Source of the DNA: Planctomycetota bacterium
Lineage (GTDB): Bacteria > Planctomycetota > UBA8742 > UBA2392
Direction of reading: 5' to 3'
DNA: 64,000 nucleotides
Assembly: GCA_025993795.1 (NCBI GenBank)
Contig: JAMQHL010000006.1
Span: 17,397-81,396, forward strand
The notes under the pieces are model-generated. The model ran no database searches and was not told where the DNA came from. It saw only the letters and a list, made by a program, of their open reading frames with translations. Within the stretch, counting starts at the first letter, position 1; every line of letters begins with the position of its first letter. Below are positions 29,423 through 39,255 of this stretch, in pieces. A program made the position numbers and the translations under genes.

Positions 29423-31960
29423 CTACTCCCTGGAGACCACCGTGTCATAGAGCCCGTAGTGCGTTAGCCCCTCGTGGCTCTCGACACCGGTATAACGCAG
29501 CGAGGCGTCTTCATAGCGGCGGAAGGCGAATACGGCCTGATTCATCTGCTCCGTGTTGAATACCTTCAGATTCACCAGCAGGTGGAAATCTTGAACAGTC
29601 AGGCCGGTGACAGCCAGGAACAGGTCAGGTTCCAGCTTAGTGATTACATCCTGCAGCGTGTTCTCGCGGAAGTCGGTCAGGTACATGAACGCCGGAATGC
29701 GCGTGGCAAATTTAATCAGCTTCTCCTGCACCAGCTTGCGTTTTGACTTGTACTCCTTCTCTTCATCTGTGAGTTGCTTCTTTTGCTTCTCAGTAAGGTC
29801 CTTGTCCTTGGCCTTGTTTTTGAGTTCCTTGACCTTCTCGGCCTTGTTGATGATCGTCTCGATGATGTTGTCGCCCAGCGAGCGCCATCCCTCGATGCGC
29901 TCCACAGCGGCCATTGCTTCGGGGTTGTCGAGCACGCGGCGCAAGGTGTCGTTGTCCACGTTGACAAGTAGCGCGCTTTCCCACTTACGCGCCAGCAGCG
30001 TGGCCGAAGTTCCCGCCATGGCGATGTCGAGAATGCCACCCGCGTCGATCTGCGTCATGTTCGCGCCGTCGTAGGCCAGCACGGGCAGGAACGACACAAG
30101 ATCCTTTACCGCGTTCTCGGGGTTCGGCTCATTCGGTGAGAGGCCGATGCCATACTCGGACAACTGCCTCAGCGCGCGCGTGGGCGCGAAGTCAAAAACG
30201 AAGCACACCGGCTTGAGGACTTCTTCTTCATTCGGGTCGTCGCCGTTGGGGTTCTTGATCGACCAGGGCGACTGCACGCGGAACGCGGCCTGAAAGTACG
30301 TCTCTGGCGATTTCAGATTGCGCAGCATGAGGATGGACGACCACTGCGGCACAGTCACGCCGGTAGTCAGTTTGCCGCAGGACAGCGTGATTGTCTTGGT
30401 ATCGAAGCCGCTGCCGATGGCCTTACGGACGGGCGGCAATGCCTCCAGGCCGATTCCTGCGGAAGGACCGGCGGCAGGCACGACGGTGTAGTCGTGCCAG
30501 AAAACGTTGTGCTTCTCGGCCAGCAAGTTCGCCATCGCGTGGCACGCCGCCACGTTGGGCAGGAACCAGAACGAGTGTTGTAGATAGGGCAGCAGCCGCA
30601 CGTCGGAATAGGGAAAGGGCGGTTTCGTGCCGGTCTTCAGGTGCTCGACCGACTTGGGTGCATACCCGCCGCGTATGATGTCCAGCCATTTCTGGACGTC
30701 GTCCTTGTGTTTGAACTGTGCCGTGTGACCCGTGCCCGTGGCCGCGAAGAACTCGTTGAGGTCGAACTCGTCGAACTCTCCGGCGCTGGCGATGGCCAGC
30801 AATTCGTCAGGCATCTGGTACGTCAGCAGGCGCATCTGCGGCAATGCGCCGTATGGGTTCCACTTGCTCTTGTTCTTGTTGGCGAACTCTTCCTTGGCGC
30901 GCTGTTCGTCAGTGTAGGTCCAGTTGAAAATCTGCTCTTCAATGAACTCGCCAGAGGACAGGGCCTTGAACGGCGTGCCGGAAAGATAGAGGTACGCCCT
31001 GGTAGTCATGGGCAGGAAGTCGGTTTCCCTTTCCAGCGGTTGCTGCAAGTCCGCAATCTTGTCCTTCAGCTTCTTGGCGTCCTCAAGCCGCGCTTCGGCT
31101 CGTGCGATTGACTCTTCCTCACCCTCGAACAGTTCCTTGGCCGTCTCGCGCCAAGCGCCAAAGTGGTATTCGTCGAATACAACCAGGTCCCACTTCACCT
31201 TGTGCAACCACTCGTTCTTGGCCTTGATGTCCCCGAACGCATCTTTGCCCAACAGGTCCTGAAACGAGCCAAAGTATACCAACGGCTTCTTGCTCGATAC
31301 TTTCGTCGGGTCGCTGCCGGACGCGCGCGACTGGTATTGCCAGCCGTCAAAGTCCACGTGAGATTCAAGGTCTGTTTGCCAGGCGTCTTCGACGGCGGGT
31401 TTGAACGTCACCACCAGTACCCGCTTTGCGCCGAGTTTCTTCGCGAGTTGGTAGGTGGTGAAGGTCTTCCCAAAGCGCATCTTCGCGTTCCAGAGGAAGC
31501 GGGGAACGGCATGCATGTCCTCTGCCCAGCGCGAAAGAAAGTAAGCGTGCGTCACCTTTACGGCCTCTGCCTGTTCACGACGCATCTCAAAAGTCTGGTG
31601 GTGTGTCCCGGTGAAGCGCTGGCCTGTGCGCAACTCGGTTAGCACTGTCTTCACGTCTGCGACTGTGCAGCGCACCCACTCCAGTTCGGGATTCGCAAAG
31701 CCCTTCTTGATAAGCGCAGCGCGCACCTCATGGTCGGTGAAGATACTGCCGTCGTCACGCTCGGCGAGCTCGTCAAGTTCGATGGTGAAGTTCTTGATCG
31801 CAGCGGTCTTGAGTTGCTCGGCTACACGCTGTTTCACTTCCCTTAGCGTGTAGCCCACCTTGAGTAGACCCTTGTGCGCTGCGTCGTCTATCGAGTAGGC
31901 GTAAATGCGCGGCCGTGCAACCGGCTTCGGCGCAAGTATCTCCTCGATGGTCTTACTCAT
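29423..31960 (-). CDS. GIY-YIG/T5orf172-like nuclease fused to an SF2 helicase (restriction-subunit-like)
   Basis: N-terminal IYAY...LLKVGYT...RVAEQ; Walker A NAKMRFGKT; DEYH; LSGTP; LTTGVTVP; QAAFRVQSP. Confidence 0.85.
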   Translation of the reverse strand: MSKTIEEILAPKPVARPRIYAYSIDDAAHKGLLKVGYTLREVKQRVAEQLKTAAIKNFTIELDELAERDDGSIFTDHEVRAALIKKGFANPELEWVRCTVADVKTVLTELRTGQRFTGTHHQTFEMRREQAEAVKVTHAYFLSRWAEDMHAVPRFLWNAKMRFGKTFTTYQLAKKLGAKRVLVVTFKPAVEDAWQTDLESHVDFDGWQYQSRASGSDPTKVSSKKPLVYFGSFQDLLGKDAFGDIKAKNEWLHKVKWDLVVFDEYHFGAWRETAKELFEGEEESIARAEARLEDAKKLKDKIADLQQPLERETDFLPMTTRAYLYLSGTPFKALSSGEFIEEQIFNWTYTDEQRAKEEFANKNKSKWNPYGALPQMRLLTYQMPDELLAIASAGEFDEFDLNEFFAATGTGHTAQFKHKDDVQKWLDIIRGGYAPKSVEHLKTGTKPPFPYSDVRLLPYLQHSFWFLPNVAACHAMANLLAEKHNVFWHDYTVVPAAGPSAGIGLEALPPVRKAIGSGFDTKTITLSCGKLTTGVTVPQWSSILMLRNLKSPETYFQAAFRVQSPWSIKNPNGDDPNEEEVLKPVCFVFDFAPTRALRQLSEYGIGLSPNEPNPENAVKDLVSFLPVLAYDGANMTQIDAGGILDIAMAGTSATLLARKWESALLVNVDNDTLRRVLDNPEAMAAVERIEGWRSLGDNIIETIINKAEKVKELKNKAKDKDLTEKQKKQLTDEEKEYKSKRKLVQEKLIKFATRIPAFMYLTDFRENTLQDVITKLEPDLFLAVTGLTVQDFHLLVNLKVFNTEQMNQAVFAFRRYEDASLRYTGVESHEGLTHYGLYDTVVSRE

Positions 31961-33572
31961 CGTTTGATTCCATCGGGCGAATCAAACTCTCGATGTAAGC
32001 GATCTCGTCATCCGTAATGCCGTACTTCGCATAGAGCTTTTTGTCGGTCCATGTCGTTGAGAAGTCTTGCATCGGGACAAACGAATACGCGGAACGCGCT
32101 AGGTCCTGAGCAGACGAACGCAATGCAATGAGAAAGCGGAAAAGCCTTGCGACGACGTACGAGAAGCAGTTGCGCGCTTCGTTCTCAGTGTCGTATGCGC
32201 CGAGCAGAACGTAGGTTTCAGTTACGACCGAACCGGGGGGGATGACTCCAGACAACGAAAGGACGCGCCTCTGCCCATTCTTGTCAACCTGACCCGCGTG
32301 TTCCGATGACGACTTGGATGTGAAAACTTTCCACTTGTCGATGAGCTCTTCGCCAGCGGTTACTTCGGACCTGGAAGTCCAAGCTCTTCCCCCGCTCTGT
32401 AGAACAAGCAGGTTGTGCTTCGCAGACTTTTTGGGCGATCCTCGAAAATACGTCCGGAGCCCGAATGGCTTTTGCGAACTGACCTGAAGTTCAAAGCGCT
32501 TGTTTTCCGGGAGTGACAAAGACTGTGAGCCGGTCTCTACGGCCATCACCTTTCGCAGGATAGAAAGGCCGCGATTGCTTCGGATAAATACTTCTGCACC
32601 TTCTTCCAGCAGCGGGCGAATGGCTTCGGACGAGCCCATGCCGTGTTCAAACTCAGTGACACTGCAGTCGCCTGGGTTGTCTTTGTCCCAGAGGAAGTAG
32701 CAGATGCCGCCGGCTACATCGACGCTTGGGAAAACCTGCCGACTATCGGGATAGTCGATGAGTTTCCTAACCCGACCGTCGGTCAGCATTTTCTTCCGAA
32801 AGTCATCGAGGCCACGACCTCCAAACAGCCAGCGAGACGGGACAACCATGGTTAAGAGGCGCGGCTCAAGTGCCTTCGCCTGGTCCACGAACTTGTTGTA
32901 AATGGGAATGGCGCTCGCTCCATAGCCACCATCATCTAGCTGATAGGGCGGATTTCCGATGATGACGTCGAACTGCATTGCGCCTCCAAACAACTCGTTC
33001 AGGCGAGTCTTGATGTTGTCAGTGTGGATGAACGCATAGGCGTAGCTTTCGAGCCCCTCGCCACGGTCTAGCGCCTTTTGGCTCGCGCCGCAGTACTTGC
33101 AGTTGCCATTGTCCCATGCGTGTTCCATGCGATTGAACCAGACGTTGCCCTCCTCGCTGGCAAACGACTTCGCAATTGAATGCTTGCCGTTGGCGTGCTT
33201 GGAGCAATACAGACTCCGGCGAGAAATCAGGCTGGTCAGGCGCGTGGTGGCGATGCCGAATACCTGCTGGGTCAGGATGTGATCGACGCGTTTCTCCAAG
33301 TCCGGGATTTCCAGAGCAAGCCCATTGGTCAAGCGGGCAGTGATTTCACGCAGGAACACGCCGGACTTTGTGCATGGGTCAAGAAACGTGACCGTCTTGT
33401 CGGCCCAAATGTTTGCGCCCTTGTGCGCGGTCGCCCAGGCCTCCGCCAGCGTGTCGAGCATGCGGTTGGCGAACTCGGGTGGCGTGAATACCTCGTCGTT
33501 GCTGAGGTTCGCGATGCACGTCAGCACGTCGGGGTTGCGGCCGCGCAAGGCAAAGCCCACTTGCTCCGTCAT
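31953..33572 (-). CDS. Eco57I-like adenine DNA methyltransferase with a C-terminal specificity region
   Basis: DEVFTPP, FLDPCTKSGVFL, catalytic FDVIIGNPPY, VPSRW; C-terminus WTDKKLYAKYGIT. Confidence 0.85.
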   Translation of the reverse strand: MTEQVGFALRGRNPDVLTCIANLSNDEVFTPPEFANRMLDTLAEAWATAHKGANIWADKTVTFLDPCTKSGVFLREITARLTNGLALEIPDLEKRVDHILTQQVFGIATTRLTSLISRRSLYCSKHANGKHSIAKSFASEEGNVWFNRMEHAWDNGNCKYCGASQKALDRGEGLESYAYAFIHTDNIKTRLNELFGGAMQFDVIIGNPPYQLDDGGYGASAIPIYNKFVDQAKALEPRLLTMVVPSRWLFGGRGLDDFRKKMLTDGRVRKLIDYPDSRQVFPSVDVAGGICYFLWDKDNPGDCSVTEFEHGMGSSEAIRPLLEEGAEVFIRSNRGLSILRKVMAVETGSQSLSLPENKRFELQVSSQKPFGLRTYFRGSPKKSAKHNLLVLQSGGRAWTSRSEVTAGEELIDKWKVFTSKSSSEHAGQVDKNGQRRVLSLSGVIPPGSVVTETYVLLGAYDTENEARNCFSYVVARLFRFLIALRSSAQDLARSAYSFVPMQDFSTTWTDKKLYAKYGITDDEIAYIESLIRPMESNDE

Positions 33573-34222
33573 GCGCCCTCCTTCACGCCCTCGGGCCGTG
33601 CAAGGGCAGCAAGCTCGCGAATCGTCATGGGCGGGTAAGTCTTGACCGGCGTGAAAATCTCGTGCTTGTCGTGCTTGGCGAACATGGGCAGTTTGCTGTA
33701 GGCCGACGATTGGGCCAGCGAGTCAAACAGAAAGTCCCGGCGCTGAAACTTGCCTTTACCCAGGTAGCCCCACTCGGCAAAGGTGATCGGCTTGCCTTCC
33801 TGGGTCAGCATCTTCAGGGCGTCGCCCTGGACAAGGTTTTGCGAGAGCACAAAGGCCGCGGCCTTGTACAGGTCGTCCGACCCCTCAAGTTTCAGGTACT
33901 CGGCCAGAACCTCCAGCACGTTTGCGCGGCACTCGGCGATGTTGTCGGGCAAGAGCTCGATGCCATAGATGCACATGACGGCAAGCAAGGCGTACTGGCG
34001 CTTCTCGAAGTCAGACTTGGCAAACTTCAGTTCCACGGCGGCAAGCTTGCGCCGCAAGACCGCGACCAGAAAGTTGCCACTGCCGCACGCGGGCTCCAGA
34101 AAGCGCGAGTCAATGCGTTCGGACTCGCCCTTCACGAGGTCAAGCATGGCCTCAACCAGCCACGCCGGGGTAAAGACTTCCCCGTGGTCGGCAACGCGCT
34201 GTTTTGACTTCGTCAGGCTCAT
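33569..34222 (-). CDS. Short SAM-binding DNA-methyltransferase-like subunit lacking the NPPY motif
   Basis: HGEVFTP, FLEPACGSGNFL, IYGIEL and QGDAL present; no N/DPPY; ATGA overlap with the next gene. Confidence 0.8.
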   Translation of the reverse strand: MSLTKSKQRVADHGEVFTPAWLVEAMLDLVKGESERIDSRFLEPACGSGNFLVAVLRRKLAAVELKFAKSDFEKRQYALLAVMCIYGIELLPDNIAECRANVLEVLAEYLKLEGSDDLYKAAAFVLSQNLVQGDALKMLTQEGKPITFAEWGYLGKGKFQRRDFLFDSLAQSSAYSKLPMFAKHDKHEIFTPVKTYPPMTIRELAALARPEGVKEGA

Positions 34223-34320
34223 GAATGCCGTAACCTTACCCGGTGCGTCCCGCCGCCGGAACTGAAAAGGGTCAGATGATTCAGCTCGACCGCTTGGCGT
34301 GCCGCGCGCCGAAGGCGGCA

Positions 34321-34989
34321 TCAGCCTTTCTTCGGTGGCGGACGATTGCCCGCTACCCAGGATTGCAGGTCGGCCGATATGTCGGTCACATGTTTCGTGC
34401 CGCTTCTGTTGCCGTCGGGTGCGTAGAGGACTGGTTTGTTGATCACCGTGTGCGCAAACGCCGCGCCGCCGAAAAAGCCGTCCCCCGGCTCGTCCGGGGT
34501 GTAGTCCTGCAGTACCAGGTCGTATTCGTGGTAGTCCGCGTACTCCTTTACAACCATCATCACGGACGCCAGCACGTCTGCCTGGTACTGGGCCAGCAGC
34601 AACTCGATGTACTGCGCCTGCTGTTTGCGCAGTTCCGACACCGCATCTCTCAGTGTCTGCATTTCGATCTCAAGCGGGACGAGTTCTTCTTCACTCCGCT
34701 TCTCCCGGCGTGCGACCTGGACTTCTCGGGTCTTGGACGCATAGGCCTGCTCACTGCGCTGCCGCTCTTGGGCAAGCTCTCGCTGGATCTCGTCCCACTT
34801 CTGTTTCAGCTCGCGAAAGCGCGGAGAGCCGCGCGAGACTGCCTCAAGGTTCAGCAGGGCAATCTTTACGCCCGGCTTGGCCTGTGCGTAGGCTGGTTTC
34901 GGGTCGATCCAGTCGCGGACGTACGTGCCCCCAAGGCCAGCCGCAGCGGCCAGCGAGGCGACAAGCGCTGCAAGTGCGAGGCGTGGCAT
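34321..34989 (-). CDS. OmpH/Skp family periplasmic chaperone
   Basis: GGAGG RBS; KIALLNLEAV, coiled-coil body, YDLVL and TDISADL. Confidence 0.8.
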   Translation of the reverse strand: MPRLALAALVASLAAAAGLGGTYVRDWIDPKPAYAQAKPGVKIALLNLEAVSRGSPRFRELKQKWDEIQRELAQERQRSEQAYASKTREVQVARREKRSEEELVPLEIEMQTLRDAVSELRKQQAQYIELLLAQYQADVLASVMMVVKEYADYHEYDLVLQDYTPDEPGDGFFGGAAFAHTVINKPVLYAPDGNRSGTKHVTDISADLQSWVAGNRPPPKKG

Positions 34990-35073
34990 GGTAGTCCTCC
35001 GGGTTGGTTGGAGAGGCAGTCCAGCAAAGGTCAAAGACGCGCAGGAATCGCCGGTGCGAGTTCTGTTCACACT

Positions 35074-37323
35074 TCACGCGCGACGGCGGCGTTTTCTGAA
35101 CCAGATTGCCGCGGGCGCCAGCGGTAGCAGCAGCCGCCATGGCTTGCCCGTGCCGACCGTGCAGCCACCGCCTTCGCTGCCGCTGTCTCCACTGCCGCCG
35201 CCGCTGCCTGCTGCGTTGATGGTGACGGGGATCGTGGTTTGTGTCAGCGCGCCGCCGGAATCAGCAAACGTCAGCATCAGTGTGCCGACCGTGTCGTGAG
35301 ACAGCGCAAACGTCGCCACGCCGCTTGAGGTCACCTGCTGCGTCGGCCCGCCCAGCACACCCGCGCCGGTGTACGTGAGATCAATCGTGTACGCGCCCGC
35401 GGCCACTGTTCCGCCCAGCGCGTCAGCTACGCGCACGGTTAGGCTAAAGCTCGCGTTCACGCCCGGCGCCGTTGCCGGCGGGTCGGCTTCGAGACGCACC
35501 GCCGTGCCCGCGCTGCCAAGGCGCAAGTCCACACGCCGCACTTCGCCCGCTGCCAGGTTCTGCACCAGCAGGTTCGCGCTGCCCGCCGTTGGGTCGTCGG
35601 CTGTGAACGCGTATGTACCAGGCGCCAGTTCAAGCCAGCACCAGAAGCCATCCTGTGCGCTGACGGCTGTGTAGGATTGTCCGTTGATGTTGATCCACGC
35701 GTCGGCAACGGCCGCGCCGGCGCTGTTGCTGACGTAGCCATAGACGATGGCCGTAGTCGGGTTGGTCAACCAGCCCAGCGTGGGCGAGGCTGCCGCTAAC
35801 TCGTAGGGCGCACCTGCGGCTGTCAGCGTGCTCCAGAAGTTCAGGCTATTGGCGCTGCCGTAGCTCCAGACCGTTGTGCCCGCGCACCCGAAGTTTCGGG
35901 CGGCGTTGATTTCGCTGATGGTTTCGTTGGCGTTGGCGTCGCCGGCGACGCTCATGCCGGGGTAGATGTGGCGGCCACTGGCGGCGGCTTGCCAGTCAGG
36001 CACAAGGTCAGAAAAGTCAGGCAACCCGCCGCCGTCGGGCCAGTAGACCTGCGGCGCAATCCAGTCCAGCGCGCCCTGGGCCATCCAGGCCTTGGCGTCC
36101 TGGTGGCGCGGCAGGCCGTAGTAATAGCCCGTGGGGTAGCCGGCATATGCGCTCCAGTGGTACAGGCCCAGCGGCGCGGCGCTTAGTTGCAGCAGCGGGT
36201 TTACGCTGTGCACTTCGGCGTACACGTCGCGAAGCCAGCGCGTGATCTGGTCGGCGGTCCAGGCGCCAAACGCCAGCGAATCAGGGTTGCCGCGCCCGCT
36301 GCGCCGCGCGTTGCTGGTGGTGTCGTAGCTGTAGCCGGCTTCGGGCATGCGGATGCGGTCGAAGTGAATGCCATCGAGCTGCGGGTAGGTGTTCACAATG
36401 TGCATGACCTGCGTGCGCAGATAGGCCTGCACGCCGGGGTGGCCGGGTGCGAGCCAGTAGTAGCCGTCCACGGGCGCGCTTTGGGTGGCGCCGCCGGAGT
36501 CGGCAATGACCCAACCGGGGTTGGCAGCAGCAAAGGCGCTGGTGCAGACGTGTGTGTTGAAATAACAGTGCAGCTTCAGGCCCTGCGCGTGGGCAGCGTT
36601 GATCGCGTAGGCCAGCGCATCGTCGCCGGGGCCGTTGGTAATCAGCGACGAAAGCGGCTCAGTGGGCGACGGGTAAAGCGTTTCCGTGGTACCGCGCATC
36701 TGCAGCACCACTGCGTTAAAGTTGCCCGCCTTGGCGTTGGCCATGATGGTGTTCAGGTTGCTTTTCCAGGTGGCGGGGCTGGTGCTCGGCCACTCGAAAC
36801 GGCTGACCCACACGCCGCGAAACTCGGGGTTGCCCTGCGGTGGCGTGCTTGCCGGTGAAAAACGCACGGCATCGGCCAGAACGACCTTGGCGGGCTCAGC
36901 GTCGTTGGAAAGCGTGACACTGCCGGCCGTGCCCGCGCTGAAATCAAACGTACCCAGCGTGACCCACGTGCCGCCGCCGCCAGTCTGGTTGACACGCACA
37001 GTCGTGCTGCCCGTTGCGTGCATCACCGTGTAAGGCGCGTTGTTGGCGCGGTTGGTGCCCTGCGGGTACCAGGTCGCGACGACATACTGCCCCGCTGCGG
37101 GCAGCGTGGGACGAAACTCGGCCGCAGCCGTTGCCGGCCCGGCTGTGCCAACGGTTGAGGCAAAGCGGTAGTCCGCGCCGTACTTGTCGGGCGCGCTTGT
37201 GCCTGTCGTCCATGCGCCGGAAAGTTCGCTGTAGCCCGTGCCGCCATTGTCCACAATCACTTGTGCTGAAAGCGGCCACGCAAGCGCCAGCAGGCAAGCC
37301 AGCAGGCAGACTCGTCGCATCAT
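35074..37323 (-). CDS. Secreted GHL10 (family 10-like) glycoside hydrolase with a golvesin-like domain and a C-terminal sorting signal
   Basis: EFRGVWV, NAVVLQMRG, AHAQGLKLH, WLAPGHPGV, DGIHFDRIR, LDWIAPQVYW; C-terminus GGGCTVG + hydrophobic stretch + RKRRRR. Confidence 0.85.
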   Translation of the reverse strand: MMRRVCLLACLLALAWPLSAQVIVDNGGTGYSELSGAWTTGTSAPDKYGADYRFASTVGTAGPATAAAEFRPTLPAAGQYVVATWYPQGTNRANNAPYTVMHATGSTTVRVNQTGGGGTWVTLGTFDFSAGTAGSVTLSNDAEPAKVVLADAVRFSPASTPPQGNPEFRGVWVSRFEWPSTSPATWKSNLNTIMANAKAGNFNAVVLQMRGTTETLYPSPTEPLSSLITNGPGDDALAYAINAAHAQGLKLHCYFNTHVCTSAFAAANPGWVIADSGGATQSAPVDGYYWLAPGHPGVQAYLRTQVMHIVNTYPQLDGIHFDRIRMPEAGYSYDTTSNARRSGRGNPDSLAFGAWTADQITRWLRDVYAEVHSVNPLLQLSAAPLGLYHWSAYAGYPTGYYYGLPRHQDAKAWMAQGALDWIAPQVYWPDGGGLPDFSDLVPDWQAAASGRHIYPGMSVAGDANANETISEINAARNFGCAGTTVWSYGSANSLNFWSTLTAAGAPYELAAASPTLGWLTNPTTAIVYGYVSNSAGAAVADAWININGQSYTAVSAQDGFWCWLELAPGTYAFTADDPTAGSANLLVQNLAAGEVRRVDLRLGSAGTAVRLEADPPATAPGVNASFSLTVRVADALGGTVAAGAYTIDLTYTGAGVLGGPTQQVTSSGVATFALSHDTVGTLMLTFADSGGALTQTTIPVTINAAGSGGGSGDSGSEGGGCTVGTGKPWRLLLPLAPAAIWFRKRRRRA

Positions 37324-39071
37324 GCCCGCCCCTGCCGCAGCCATACAACCGCAGGCAGCACCGCCAGTAGCGCCAGCCACCAAAGCGCCGTGCCCTGCCC
37401 GGTGGAGCACCCGCCGTCGTCACCGCCGCCGCCACTGCCATCTGCCCCGATGGTGTGCCCGCCGCCGCCGCCGGTCGTGGTCACGGTTGCCGGCGTCGGG
37501 TAGCTGTGCACGCCGCCGTTGGTGTTGTAGGCAAAGACGCGCCAGAAATATGTTGTGCCCTGGGTAAGGCCGGTCCAGTCGTGGCTGGTTGTCGTGCCGG
37601 AAAGGTTCACGGCCAGAAAGCTGGGTGCGCCCGGCCCGGCCAGCAGGTCGGCGCTGGTCTCGGCAATGTCCAGCCATACGCCATCGGTGTTGGCGCCAGG
37701 CGTCCAGGTAAACTGAATGGATGAGTCACTCAGAACCGACGCCGACAGCGCCGTTGGCGCCCCCGGTGGTGTGCCCGCAGGCAGAGTAATCGTGCTCGGC
37801 GTCGGGTAGCCGTGGTTGCCGCCAGCCACGTTATTTGCATACACACGCCAGTAGTATGTCGTGCCGGGTGTCAGGCCCTGCCACAGCCATGTGTTCACGC
37901 GCCCGACAAACGTGTTCTGGAATGTGCCGGTTGCGCCCGTCAGGTCGGCAGCGCTTTCGGCAATATCGACCCAGTATCCGTCGGCATAGGCCGACCAGTT
38001 CCAGTCAAAGTCAATGTCGGTGCTGTTGACGGCCGTTGCCACCAGTCCCGTCGGTGCCGGTGCCGGGGGCGCCGAAGTCACCTGCCGAAAGCGTACTGCG
38101 TCAGCAAGCACGACAAACCCGGTGCTGGCATTGTTCGCAAGCCGCACGTAGCCGCTGGTGCCGGTGAAGAACGGGTAGGTGCCAAGGGTGAACCATGCGC
38201 CCCCGTTGGTCTGCTGGTTCACGGGGACTGCGGTGCTGCCATTGGCGTGGCGCACCGTGAAGGGCGAGTCAGGCGCGCGGTTCGTGCCCTGGGGGTACCA
38301 GACTTCTACTGCGTAGTCGCCGCCTTCGGGCAGGTTGGGGCGCCATTCGCACTCGGCCGTGGCGCTGGCGGCTGTGCTGACGAAGCGATAGTCGGCGCCA
38401 TACTTGCCGGATGCGGAAGTGCCCGAAGACCACGAGCCGCTGAGTACGCTGAAGCCGGGGTCCACATTGTCGACAATGCGATCATTGCTGCCGCCGCTGC
38501 CCAGGCGCGCGTTGACCTGCGTGACCAGCGCGTTCCAGTCGAAGTACGCGCCGGGGTCGGAACGGTTCCAGGGCTGAACCTGATAGTGCCCCACCAGGCC
38601 CGTGCCGTTGAAGTCCTGCTGCGACTGCGAAGTCGCCTGGCCGGGCGGGTGAACCGCCGACACGCCGTGCGTATAGCAAAGCCACGCGACAAGGTCGTAC
38701 AGCGCCGGCAGAATCCCCTGCGTCCAGGTGCCGGCCTGGCCGGCAAACCCGGCGCACTCAATGCCGATGCTGCGATTGTTATAATACGTGGCGTGCCATG
38801 CGCGGTTGCTGTCGGCGACGAGCTGCTTGATCTGGGTGCCGTCTTCCTTGATTACGTAGTGCGCGCTTGCGCCTGCCGCCGGGTTCTTGAGCCAGCTTAC
38901 GGCGCCGCTGTAGCTGCCTTCCGTCGTGTGGATCACGATGCTGTCAAGGGAAACCGTGCGGCTCGGGGTGTAGTTGGGGCTCGGGTCCCACACGATTGCG
39001 GGCTGCGCCGGCTGGCAATTCAGGCCGGCGGCAAACAACAGCAGCCACAGAAGAATGCCGATTCCACGCAT
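37320..39071 (-). CDS. Secreted N-acetylmuramoyl-L-alanine amidase (Amidase_2) with golvesin-like and two FN3 domains and a C-terminal sorting signal
   Basis: IVIHTTEG, ASAHYVI, AWHA, SIGIE, VGH...SDPG; two FN3 repeats (GLTPGTTYYWRV / GLTQGTTYFWRV); C-terminus GGCSTG + TM helix. Confidence 0.88.
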   Translation of the reverse strand: MRGIGILLWLLLFAAGLNCQPAQPAIVWDPSPNYTPSRTVSLDSIVIHTTEGSYSGAVSWLKNPAAGASAHYVIKEDGTQIKQLVADSNRAWHATYYNNRSIGIECAGFAGQAGTWTQGILPALYDLVAWLCYTHGVSAVHPPGQATSQSQQDFNGTGLVGHYQVQPWNRSDPGAYFDWNALVTQVNARLGSGGSNDRIVDNVDPGFSVLSGSWSSGTSASGKYGADYRFVSTAASATAECEWRPNLPEGGDYAVEVWYPQGTNRAPDSPFTVRHANGSTAVPVNQQTNGGAWFTLGTYPFFTGTSGYVRLANNASTGFVVLADAVRFRQVTSAPPAPAPTGLVATAVNSTDIDFDWNWSAYADGYWVDIAESAADLTGATGTFQNTFVGRVNTWLWQGLTPGTTYYWRVYANNVAGGNHGYPTPSTITLPAGTPPGAPTALSASVLSDSSIQFTWTPGANTDGVWLDIAETSADLLAGPGAPSFLAVNLSGTTTSHDWTGLTQGTTYFWRVFAYNTNGGVHSYPTPATVTTTGGGGGHTIGADGSGGGGDDGGCSTGQGTALWWLALLAVLPAVVWLRQGRA

Positions 39072-39255
39072 CACACGACCCCACAAAGTGCGCCCAGCCG
39101 TTGGGTTTGTAAGGGTGCCGCGCCGGGAATGCAATGTGATTTCAGACGCATGGGTGATGGAAGGCCGACGTGAGTGGCGCATCCGCACTTTTAGATGGAC
39201 ATCGGCCGTGGTCTGCGCATCCTATTTGCTCACCAGAACTCTTGAGGGAACCCGT

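Noticed and set aside
29402-34320. Prophage or integrative element around the R-M-like cassette
   Set aside because: No integrase, transposase, tRNA target or evident flanking direct repeats.
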